A stretch of 64,000 nt of DNA, taken from Acidimicrobiia bacterium (GTDB lineage Bacteria; Acidobacteriota; Vicinamibacteria; Vicinamibacterales; UBA2999). A model generated the notes under the pieces. It worked only from the letters and a program-made list of their open reading frames with translations. It did not search any database and had not been told where the DNA came from. Each line of letters starts with the position of its first letter. Position 1 is the first letter of the stretch. The translations under genes and the position numbers were made by a program. Shown one piece after another: positions 9,374 through 17,511 of this stretch. The stretch covers positions 28,800 through 92,799 of the forward strand of contig VFZG01000011.1 in NCBI GenBank assembly GCA_016871275.1, given 5' to 3'.

Positions 9374-9922
9374 CTACTTGCGCTTCGCGACGTTCAGCGC
9401 GCCAAGCCTCGCCACCATGTCCGGACCGGCTGACTGCGGCTTCACTTCCTTGTCGATGTAGAGGATCTTCCCGTCGGGAGCGATATAGAACGTCCAGCGC
9501 CGCGCCATGCCCGTCACGCCGAGCACGCCGTATGCGTTGGCAATCTCCTTCTTTACGTCGCTGAGGATTGGGTAGTCCGCCTCGTGCATCTGCGCGAACT
9601 TGGTGTTGTCCTCGATGTTGTCGACGCTAATCATGTAGTAGGCGATGTTGTACTGCCGAATCAGATCGCCGCTCTCACGGAGCGACTTGCATTCGGCCGT
9701 TCAACCACCGGTGAACGCTTTGGGAAACCACGCCAGCACGACCGCCTGCTTGCCGCGCGACTCCTGGAGCGTATGGGTCTTGCCGTCCGATCCCGGCAAC
9801 GAGAAGGCGGGGGCCGCACCACCAACCTGCAATTCCGCGGCCGGCGCCTGGGCCATCGCGCCGCTCGTCACCAGGCTCAATGCTGCGCCCATCGCAGCCT
9901 TGAGCCATAACTTCATGCGCAT
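9374..9922 (-). CDS. Exported AhpC/TSA (Bcp/PrxQ-like) peroxiredoxin with in-frame UGA (putative selenocysteine) at the peroxidatic-Cys position
   Basis: Track ORFs 9701..9985 and 9374..9634 share one frame and are separated only by TGA at 9701-9703. The joined sequence reads VVLAWFPKAFTGG-U-TAECKSL...YPILSDVKKEIANAYGV...WTFYIAPDGKILYI. ATG 9922 follows GGAGGA by 7 nt. Signal peptide MRMKLWLKAAMGAALSLVTSGAMA. Confidence 0.7.
9655..9697 (-). promoter_or_regulatory. Putative bacterial SECIS stem-loop immediately 3' of the UGA
   Basis: mRNA reads UGA-ACG-[GCCGAAU]-GCAA-[GUCGCUC]-CGUGA-[GAGCGGC]-GAUCUG-[AUUCGGC]. Two 7-bp stems (one G-U pair) and an apical loop containing GU about 22-26 nt after the UGA. 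Confidence 0.5.
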
Positions 9923-10022
9923 CAGCTGATCCTCCACCGGGGAATGGTATCCCAATTGCAGGCGTAACCAGCATGCCCAGGCCATCGTTTGTCCGCGCCG
10001 TGTGCGCCTTCGGCGGCACTGG

Positions 10023-10050
10023 TTGTCGGCGCCTTTTGTGGCCCTAGAAT
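10023..10050 (+). promoter_or_regulatory. Sigma-70-like promoter TTGTCG-N16-TAGAAT
   Basis: Hexamers and spacing read directly. The -10 ends 3 nt before ATG 10054, implying a leaderless or near-leaderless transcript. Confidence 0.35.
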
Positions 10051-10053
10051 CGA

Positions 10054-13000
10054 ATGGTGGGACGGCTGCGTAGGTGGTTGGTCATCGGAGTGGCGGCGGT
10101 CGCCGGCGTGGTGCTGGCCGTCGTGCTGGTCGCGCACCTGCCCTGGACCCGGACCCGCGCGCTGGCCTGGGCATCGGACTTCGTCGCGCGCTTCAACCTC
10201 GATCTCGAGGCAGGAAGCCTTTCGTACAATGCACTGACCCGCCGCATTTCGGTCACCGACGTTCGCCTGGCGGCTCGGGGCTTCAAGGACCGCCCGTTCC
10301 TGACTGCCAGCCGGATCGAAGTGACACTGCCGCTGAGCGTGTTGCGGCGCCGTTTCGCCATCGATCACCTCGCCATCGACGGCGGGATCGTCGACATCGT
10401 GCGCGATCGGAACAACGTCGTGAATCTGCCGCCGTCGACAGACACCCCGCCGAGTGAGCGTGCGCGGGAGATCGACATCCGATCGCTCACGATCGACGGC
10501 CTCGACGTGCAGTATGAGGACCAGTTCAGCAACTGGGGCGTGAAGGTGCCGCGGATTGAGTCCATGCTCCGCGACACGGCGCTCGGCGCCAGGGGCACCT
10601 TCGCCGCGCGGGGCGGCATCATCGTCCGGCTGCCCGAGCGGGTGATGACGCTGGCGCCGTTCGAGACGGTGATGACGTTCGACGGCTCGAACGTCTCGAT
10701 CGAGCAGGCACGGCTGTCGTCACCGGAGATCGAGGCCTTCCTGAGCGGTCCGATCAACCGCGTGCTCGATTCACCGGCGCTCGATCTGTCGCTGAAGGGC
10801 CGCGTCCATCTCGACCAGGCGATCGCGTGGGTGCCCCCGCCGCCGGTTCCCGTGGCGGGACTGGTGGCCATTGAGGGTTCGGTCGTCGGTCCGGCACGGA
10901 ACTTCGCCGCGCATCTCAGCGTGCGGAGCAACACGCTGGCGGTCGGACGCGAGCGCGATCTCACCTTCGCCGGACCGGTGCACGTGACGTTCAAGGCGTT
11001 CTCCGGCGAGGGCATAGTGATCACGCCGCGCTCCGGCGGATCGGTGCGCGCCAGGTTCAACGTGCCCTGGGCCGCAGAGCGCACCGGCAGTTCCGACAGC
11101 ATCAGGGCGTCGATCAGTACTGCCGAAGCGGAATGGCGCGGCGTCGATTCCGCGGCCGCATTGCGAATGGCCGACGTCGATCCGCAGGCCATTGGCGCGG
11201 CATTCGAAGGGCGCGGCACGTTCGAGTTCGGCGAGCCGCGCCGGTTCGTCATCGAGAACCGCTCCACCGGCAGACCCCCTTCGACGCCGCTCAGGACGGG
11301 CGGCAGCGGCGTGGTGCCGATGACCGGAACGATCAACGCGACGATCGTCGGCGACGACTATCGATTCGACCACCGCCACAGTTTCCCCGGCTTCGATTTC
11401 GAGGGACAGATGGCGGGGCGCATCGTGCGCGGCGATGCGCTGTTGAGCACCATGAACGGTCCGGCGCACGCCCGCGTCGAGGATGTGGCGCAGGCCGCCG
11501 TCAGCGTGCAGACGCTCGGCTTCCCCGTCGCCGAGGTGATGTTCGAGACGCGCGGCGCCGTGGACGCGCCGATGACGCTCGGGGGGTCGTACCGAAACCC
11601 GAAGGTCGATACCACCGTGTCCGGCGATGCGGTCGACCTGCCGTTGCTGGGCCGTGTGCGCGCGTCGGTGAATGTCGTTGCGGACACCGGCACGGCGACC
11701 ATGTCGGCCATCGACATGCGCCAGGGGTCGTCATCGATCACCGGCGAGGCGGTGGCCAACATTACGGCGCGAACCTGGAGCGGCAAGCTGCACGTCGAGG
11801 CACCGAACGCCGCCGAACTGCAGGCCGGCATTTCCGAACCGTGGCGCGTTGACGGCGCCCTGTCGGCCGACGCCAGTCTTGGTGGGACGTTCGATCACTA
11901 CACGCTCGACACGGTCCTCAGCGGCCGGGCGCTGAGGTTTGCGGGCCAACCGATCGATCGCGCGAGCGCGAAGGCGATGGTCACCCCCGAGGCGATCGAC
12001 GTGTCGTTGCTCGAGCTTCATCAGGGCGCGGGCTATCTCGCGGGCCGCGTGCGCTATGCCTGGGAGACCGGAGCATACGACGCGACGCTGAAGGGCAGCC
12101 GGCTCACGTGGCAGGGCACGCTGCTGTCCACCGCCGACACCCAGGCGCTGCTCGACGCGCAGTTCACCGGCTCCGGCACGACCGCGCAGCCGAAGGGCCA
12201 GGCGACGCTGGACTTCACGCTGACCGGCGGCGAGGCGGGGGTGTTCATCGGCGCAGGGGCGGCGACCGCCGACCTGCTCGGCGATCACGCGAGGATCGCC
12301 GCGCGGCTGCCGATGATTGGCGCGTCGATCAGCGCGGAGGTCGCCACCGCATCGCCGTACGACTACACGGTCAATGCGCAACTCGATCGATTCGAGCTGG
12401 CGAGGCTGTCTCCATTGCTCGGTGCCATCGAAACGGAGATCCGCGGATTCGCCAACGGCACCGTCACCGGTTCCGGCCGGCTCGCAGACGACCGGGACCG
12501 CGTCGCGTTGGTGAACATCACCGAGCTCGATGCCGGTGTGGCCGGCGTGCCGGTATCGTTGCTGTCGCCATTGAACGCCACGCTGCGCGGCGACGATCTG
12601 GCGCTGAAGGACCTGTCCGTTCGCGTCGGTTCAGGTCGCCTGAGCGCGAGCGGATCGTGGCACACCAGGCTCGACGGACCATCGAAGCCGCAGACGGCAC
12701 AGCATCCTGGCCGACTGGAAGGCGCTCTCCAGGCGCAGTTCGCCGGCGATTTGCAGGATGCCCTCCGGCTCGGCAAGGCGTTCGGTGTCCCGGTCTCGAT
12801 CGACGGCAGCGGGCTGATGCAGTTCGACCTCAGGAGCAACGGTACCAGGCTCGGCACATCCGGCACGCTGTCGATCACCAACGGCATGCTGGGTTGGGTC
12901 AACGCCGCGGCGGCGGTGCAGTCGTTCAACATCACAGCCACGTTGAACGGCGAGCAGCTCGAAATCGACCGCATCACGGGTGCGGTGGCCGCCGGCGGCA

Positions 13001-16000
13001 TTGTCGGCAACTTCTCTGCGACGGGCGCGGCCCGGCTGCCGGGGTTGTCGCTGGCCGCCATTGACGGCGGCGTCACGCTCGACGAGGCCAGGTTCACGTT
13101 CTCCGGCATTCCCGTCGAGCAGCAGCGCCCATCGCGCTTTGTGCTGTCGAAGAGCACGCTCGAGATGGCCGACCTGTCGTGGACGGTGGCTGAGAACCCG
13201 TTGTTGTTCGGCGGCGCGATCACGATTGGCGCCGAGGACCCAGCCCTGGACCTGTCGCTCAAGGGCTTGATCGACCTCCGCGTCCTCTCGGCGCTGACCA
13301 GCGCGGTTGGATTCGACGGCAACGCCGAAGTGAATGCCCGCGTCGAAGGCACGGTCGCAAAGCCGATGCTCGGCGGCCGCATCACGCTTGATGACGCGGA
13401 AATCGCCATCGCCGATCCGCGCGTGGTGTTATCGGACCTGACCGGCTCCATCGTGCTCGAGGGACCACGCGCCGTGTTTGACAACGTGCGCGGCACCGCC
13501 AATGGCGGCAAGCTGATAGTCGACGGGCCGGTGAAGTTCGAGGGGCTGGTGCTGAGCGGCGGCGAGCTCAACATCCAGGCCGAAGGCGTCGCGATCGAGT
13601 TGCCGAAGGGCCTCCGCAGCGAGCTCGGCGCGCTGCTGACATTCAGGCTCGACCCCAGGAACCCATCGTTGACCGGCGACATCCGCGTCAACCAGAGCGC
13701 CTACACCGAAACGATCACGCTGGCGGCGCTCGCCAGACAGGCGGCGATGCCCGTGGCCGCCGGCCTATCGGCCGAGCGGCCGTACGCCGAGCGATTGGCG
13801 CTGAACCTGTCGCTGACCACCACCGACGATCTGATCCTGGACAACAACTACGGCCGCGTGGCCGCGGGCGCCAACGTCCGCATTCTCGGCACCGTCGCCG
13901 CGCCCGGCATGGACGGCCGCGTGACACTGCGTGAGGACGGGCAGATCTTTCTCGCCGGCCGCACGTTCCGCATCGCCCGCGGCGACGTGTCCTTCACCGA
14001 CCGGCGGCACATCCATCCCGAGTTCAATATCGCCGCCGAGGCCAACCTGGGTGCCGCAGGCGGCAACGTCACGCTGACGCTGACCGGTTCGCTCGAACAC
14101 CCGACGATCGATCTCACCGCCGAAGACGGTTCGTTGACACCGGGCGAGATTGCCGCCGGCATCGTCGGTCAGACCAACACGGAAACCGCGCTCACGCTGC
14201 TGTCCGCGGACCTGCTCGGCGTGACCGGCCGGGCGATCGGTCTCGATGCGTTCCGGGTCGAGCGCGGCGCGTTTTCCGATCGGGACTTCCGCGACTACGC
14301 CGACGACCCCGCGTTGATCGGCAACAACCGGACCGACCCGACGACGCGCCTGACTATCGGCAAGCGGCTGAGCGACAAGGTTGAATTCACCGCTTCTCAG
14401 AACCTGCGCGAGAACGGCAAGGCGTCGTTCGTGGTCAGCTATTTCCCCCGTCGCAACGTCGAGCTCAGGGCCTTGTCGCGCGACAGCGGCACCGTGAGCG
14501 TGGGCGTGCGGCATCAGATCACGTTCGGCCGCGGCACCAGCACGCCGCCGTCGGAGCGGCGTGTGCGGCCGACGATCAGCGCCATCACCGTTACTGGCGT
14601 CGACGCCGCCACCGCGGCCGCGTCACAGGCGGCGATCAGGCTCGAAGCCGGCGATGCGTTCGATTTCCTCGCGCTGCAGAACGACATCGATCGCATCCGC
14701 GATTCGTACCAGCAGCGGGGCTATCTCGAAGCCCGTGTCCGCACCCGCCGCACGGAATCGGACGATGCCCGGTCGGTGGCGATTGAGTTCGTCGTCAATC
14801 GCGGGCCACGGTCGGTGCTGCAGGTCGATGGCCTGATCGCGCCGGCGGGCCTCGTGCAGGAGCTCGAGCAGGCGTGGCACAAGAACGTGTTCGATCAATT
14901 CCTGATCGAGGACCTGACCAACCGCGTTCGACGGCACCTGGTGAACAGCGGGGATCTCGGCAGCATCGTGGTGGGGCGCATCGATCGTCCCGCGCCGGAC
15001 ACCAAGCGGCTGCGCATTGAGGTGACGCCGGGCGCGCCGGTGTCGAGCCGCGAGATCAGGTTCGCCGGCAACCTCGAGCTCAATACCGATCGTCTCAACG
15101 CCGAGATCCGCGATGCCGGGCTGGAGCTCGACGCGTGGCTCGATCGCACGCTGGTCGAGCGTGCTCTGCGCCAGGCATACAACGAAGCAGGGTTCCTCGA
15201 GGCGGAGGTCGCCGGCCGGCCGCTGACCATCGACGGCACGACAGGCGTGCTGTGGATCGACATCAAGGAGGGACCGCGCACGCGGATTACCGGCCTGAGA
15301 TGGACGGGCGTGGGCGAATCGCGCCTGCCGGAGATTCAGAAGGCCACCGCGCTGACCACGCCGTCACCGTTCGTGATCGCCGACGTCACCGAGGCACGAC
15401 GGCGCATCGAAGACTACTACCGGCGCGAGGGCTTCAACGGCGCCGAGGTCGAAGTGCAGCCGGCGTTGGCGCCGGACGACACGGTGGCCGTCACCTTCAA
15501 CGTCAGCGAAGGCGTGCAACAGGTGCTGCAGTCCGTGGAGTTGAAAGGCAACGCCGTCACCAACGACGAGGTGCTCACCCAGGCGCTGAGGTTCGAGTTC
15601 GGCACGCCCGTCAACTTCGATGAGTGGACGCTGGCCCGCAAGCGTCTCTACGACACCAACGTGTTCCGCAGCGTCGACATTCAGCCGCTGCCGGACGGCG
15701 ACCCGGTCAACGGCCTGCATCCGGTGAAGGCGTCGGTGACGGTGGAGGAGATCCCGGCGTGGTCGTTCCGCTACGGCGTCCAGCTCGAAGGAGAGCGTCG
15801 TTCGGAGCCGGATGAGTTCACCAGCACGCGCAACGCCGGCGTGGTCGCCGAACTCCGGAATCCCAACCTGTTCGGGCGGGCGCTGACCGGCGGTGTGTTC
15901 GGGATGTATCAGCGCGATCGTCAGGACGCCACGGTGTTCGTGGCCAGCTCGCGGCTGTTCGGCTGGAGCGCGCGGTCGACGTTGTATGGTTTCTACGCCC

Positions 16001-16767
16001 ACGACCGGCTGCGAGACGACGCCGGCGTCATCGAAGCCGTGACCGATCGCCAGGGGATCAGCGTCGATCAGCGCTGGAGGCCGAAGGGCTTCCAGCTCGT
16101 CTACGGCTACCGCTTCGAACAGAACCACACCGTCGATCCGCGAACGCTCACCGACTTCATTCCGTTCGACTTCACCGTCTACCTGGCCAAGTTGAACGCC
16201 GCCATGCTCTACGACCGCCGCGACGATCCGATCAACCCGCGCAGGGGATTCTTCAGCTCGGCCTCGTTCGATCAGGCAGCGCCGTTCCTCGGCTCGGACG
16301 TCAACAACCGCAAGCTGCTGATGCAGCAGTTCGCGTTCGTGCCGATTGGCCGGCTGGTGCTCGCGTCACGCGCGCAGTTGGGTTTCGCGTTCGGCCGCGA
16401 TCCGCTCGCGTTGTCGGATCGCTTCCGCGCCGGCGGCGCAACCAGCGTGCGCGGATACGGGGAGGAGAGCCTTGGGCCGCGCGACCGAGACACGAAGCTG
16501 CCAAGCGGCGGCGATCGCCTCGTGATCCTCAACCAGGAGGCGCGCTTCCCGCTGTATCGATGGGCGAATGGCGTCGCATTCCTTGACGCCGGCAACATCT
16601 TCGCGAAGGGCGTGCCGTGGACGGGCCTCGAGGTGGGCTACGGCGCGGGTCTGCGGTTCGATACGCCGATCGGATTGATTCGTGGAGACGTTGGCTTCCC
16701 GCGCGGCGATGCGGCCAGAAGCCGTCGTAGCGTGCGCTGGTACTTCGGCTTTGGGCACATCTTCTAG
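10054..16767 (+). CDS. Giant fusion protein: TamB/AsmA-like inner-membrane-anchored periplasmic protein (with DUF490-type module) fused to a multi-POTRA Omp85 (BamA/TamA-like) outer-membrane beta-barrel
   Basis: Single 2,237-codon ORF. N-terminal TM segment WLVIGVAAVAGVVLAVVLVAHL. DUF490-like end LTLTGSLEHPTIDLTAEDGSLTPGEIAAGIVGQ...RLTIGKRLSDKVEFTASQNL...VSVGVRHQITFG. POTRA-like repeats follow from ISAITVTGVD. The D15 barrel ends in the beta-signal WYFGFGHIF. Confidence 0.85.
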   Translation: MVGRLRRWLVIGVAAVAGVVLAVVLVAHLPWTRTRALAWASDFVARFNLDLEAGSLSYNALTRRISVTDVRLAARGFKDRPFLTASRIEVTLPLSVLRRRFAIDHLAIDGGIVDIVRDRNNVVNLPPSTDTPPSERAREIDIRSLTIDGLDVQYEDQFSNWGVKVPRIESMLRDTALGARGTFAARGGIIVRLPERVMTLAPFETVMTFDGSNVSIEQARLSSPEIEAFLSGPINRVLDSPALDLSLKGRVHLDQAIAWVPPPPVPVAGLVAIEGSVVGPARNFAAHLSVRSNTLAVGRERDLTFAGPVHVTFKAFSGEGIVITPRSGGSVRARFNVPWAAERTGSSDSIRASISTAEAEWRGVDSAAALRMADVDPQAIGAAFEGRGTFEFGEPRRFVIENRSTGRPPSTPLRTGGSGVVPMTGTINATIVGDDYRFDHRHSFPGFDFEGQMAGRIVRGDALLSTMNGPAHARVEDVAQAAVSVQTLGFPVAEVMFETRGAVDAPMTLGGSYRNPKVDTTVSGDAVDLPLLGRVRASVNVVADTGTATMSAIDMRQGSSSITGEAVANITARTWSGKLHVEAPNAAELQAGISEPWRVDGALSADASLGGTFDHYTLDTVLSGRALRFAGQPIDRASAKAMVTPEAIDVSLLELHQGAGYLAGRVRYAWETGAYDATLKGSRLTWQGTLLSTADTQALLDAQFTGSGTTAQPKGQATLDFTLTGGEAGVFIGAGAATADLLGDHARIAARLPMIGASISAEVATASPYDYTVNAQLDRFELARLSPLLGAIETEIRGFANGTVTGSGRLADDRDRVALVNITELDAGVAGVPVSLLSPLNATLRGDDLALKDLSVRVGSGRLSASGSWHTRLDGPSKPQTAQHPGRLEGALQAQFAGDLQDALRLGKAFGVPVSIDGSGLMQFDLRSNGTRLGTSGTLSITNGMLGWVNAAAAVQSFNITATLNGEQLEIDRITGAVAAGGIVGNFSATGAARLPGLSLAAIDGGVTLDEARFTFSGIPVEQQRPSRFVLSKSTLEMADLSWTVAENPLLFGGAITIGAEDPALDLSLKGLIDLRVLSALTSAVGFDGNAEVNARVEGTVAKPMLGGRITLDDAEIAIADPRVVLSDLTGSIVLEGPRAVFDNVRGTANGGKLIVDGPVKFEGLVLSGGELNIQAEGVAIELPKGLRSELGALLTFRLDPRNPSLTGDIRVNQSAYTETITLAALARQAAMPVAAGLSAERPYAERLALNLSLTTTDDLILDNNYGRVAAGANVRILGTVAAPGMDGRVTLREDGQIFLAGRTFRIARGDVSFTDRRHIHPEFNIAAEANLGAAGGNVTLTLTGSLEHPTIDLTAEDGSLTPGEIAAGIVGQTNTETALTLLSADLLGVTGRAIGLDAFRVERGAFSDRDFRDYADDPALIGNNRTDPTTRLTIGKRLSDKVEFTASQNLRENGKASFVVSYFPRRNVELRALSRDSGTVSVGVRHQITFGRGTSTPPSERRVRPTISAITVTGVDAATAAASQAAIRLEAGDAFDFLALQNDIDRIRDSYQQRGYLEARVRTRRTESDDARSVAIEFVVNRGPRSVLQVDGLIAPAGLVQELEQAWHKNVFDQFLIEDLTNRVRRHLVNSGDLGSIVVGRIDRPAPDTKRLRIEVTPGAPVSSREIRFAGNLELNTDRLNAEIRDAGLELDAWLDRTLVERALRQAYNEAGFLEAEVAGRPLTIDGTTGVLWIDIKEGPRTRITGLRWTGVGESRLPEIQKATALTTPSPFVIADVTEARRRIEDYYRREGFNGAEVEVQPALAPDDTVAVTFNVSEGVQQVLQSVELKGNAVTNDEVLTQALRFEFGTPVNFDEWTLARKRLYDTNVFRSVDIQPLPDGDPVNGLHPVKASVTVEEIPAWSFRYGVQLEGERRSEPDEFTSTRNAGVVAELRNPNLFGRALTGGVFGMYQRDRQDATVFVASSRLFGWSARSTLYGFYAHDRLRDDAGVIEAVTDRQGISVDQRWRPKGFQLVYGYRFEQNHTVDPRTLTDFIPFDFTVYLAKLNAAMLYDRRDDPINPRRGFFSSASFDQAAPFLGSDVNNRKLLMQQFAFVPIGRLVLASRAQLGFAFGRDPLALSDRFRAGGATSVRGYGEESLGPRDRDTKLPSGGDRLVILNQEARFPLYRWANGVAFLDAGNIFAKGVPWTGLEVGYGAGLRFDTPIGLIRGDVGFPRGDAARSRRSVRWYFGFGHIF

Positions 16768-16769
16768 CT

Positions 16770-16805
16770 GCTGGTTGCTGGTTACTAGAGCAACCAGCAA
16801 CCAGC
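16770..16805. terminator. Bidirectional word hairpin GCTGGTTGCTGGTT-(8 nt loop)-AACCAGCAACCAGC
   Basis: Perfect 14-bp stem between convergent stops (TAG 16765-16767 and the minus-strand stop at 16808-16810). No U-tract. Confidence 0.6.
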
Positions 16806-16807
16806 AA

Positions 16808-17407
16808 CTATTTGATTGTCCGCAGAATAGCCGCGACGGCGGACCGTTCCGGCGCATCGGGTGCAAGGCGGAGGAACGCGTCGAAGTGGTCCGCCGTTTT
16901 GGGCAGCTGCCGTTGACGCTGGTAGGCCAGACCCGCGTAGTAATGCGCGTAGGCAAAGTCAGGCTTGGCTTCAAGTGCCTTCGTGAAGCCGGCCACCGCG
17001 CGACCCCAGTCGGTCGCCCTGCTGGCGGCGAGACCGAGCTGGTAGTGGGCGAAGGCGTTGCCGCGGTCAGCCTCAACGGCGCGGCGCGCCAATTCGACCG
17101 CCCGCCCGTTGTCGCCGGCGAGCTGCGCTTCGGCGGATTCAGCAATCAGACCCCAGGCCTGATCGCCGTCTCGCAAGCGCGCCAACTCCGCTCTGGCCTG
17201 ATCCGGCTGCTCAAGCTTCAGCAGCGACTGCGCCGCCAGGTAGGTTGAGGCGGCATCGCCGTCGCGGGCCGCGTCAACGGCCTGCTGGTACGAACCCGAC
17301 TGGAAAAAACGCTGAACCTCTGGCTTCTGGGCCTCGGCAGGTGCAGAAACGGTCAGAACCACCAGGGCCCCAGAAAGCGCGGACAAGCTAGAGAGATGGC
17401 GGGCCAT
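16808..17407 (-). CDS. Secreted tetratricopeptide-repeat protein
   Basis: Signal peptide ...LVVLTVSAPAEAQ. Repeated A/Y/L-rich 34-aa helical pattern (AYAHYYAGLAYQRQRQ, NAFAHYQLGLAA). Confidence 0.75.
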   Translation of the reverse strand: MARHLSSLSALSGALVVLTVSAPAEAQKPEVQRFFQSGSYQQAVDAARDGDAASTYLAAQSLLKLEQPDQARAELARLRDGDQAWGLIAESAEAQLAGDNGRAVELARRAVEADRGNAFAHYQLGLAASRATDWGRAVAGFTKALEAKPDFAYAHYYAGLAYQRQRQLPKTADHFDAFLRLAPDAPERSAVAAILRTIK

Positions 17408-17511
17408 ATATACTTAATTAGACGTCCTTTATTCGCTACGGTTTCCCGCCTCAACAGCGCCGCAGACGGCTCCGGCCACACGGACGGCTTGGAAAGCACT
17501 GAAAGCACGAA

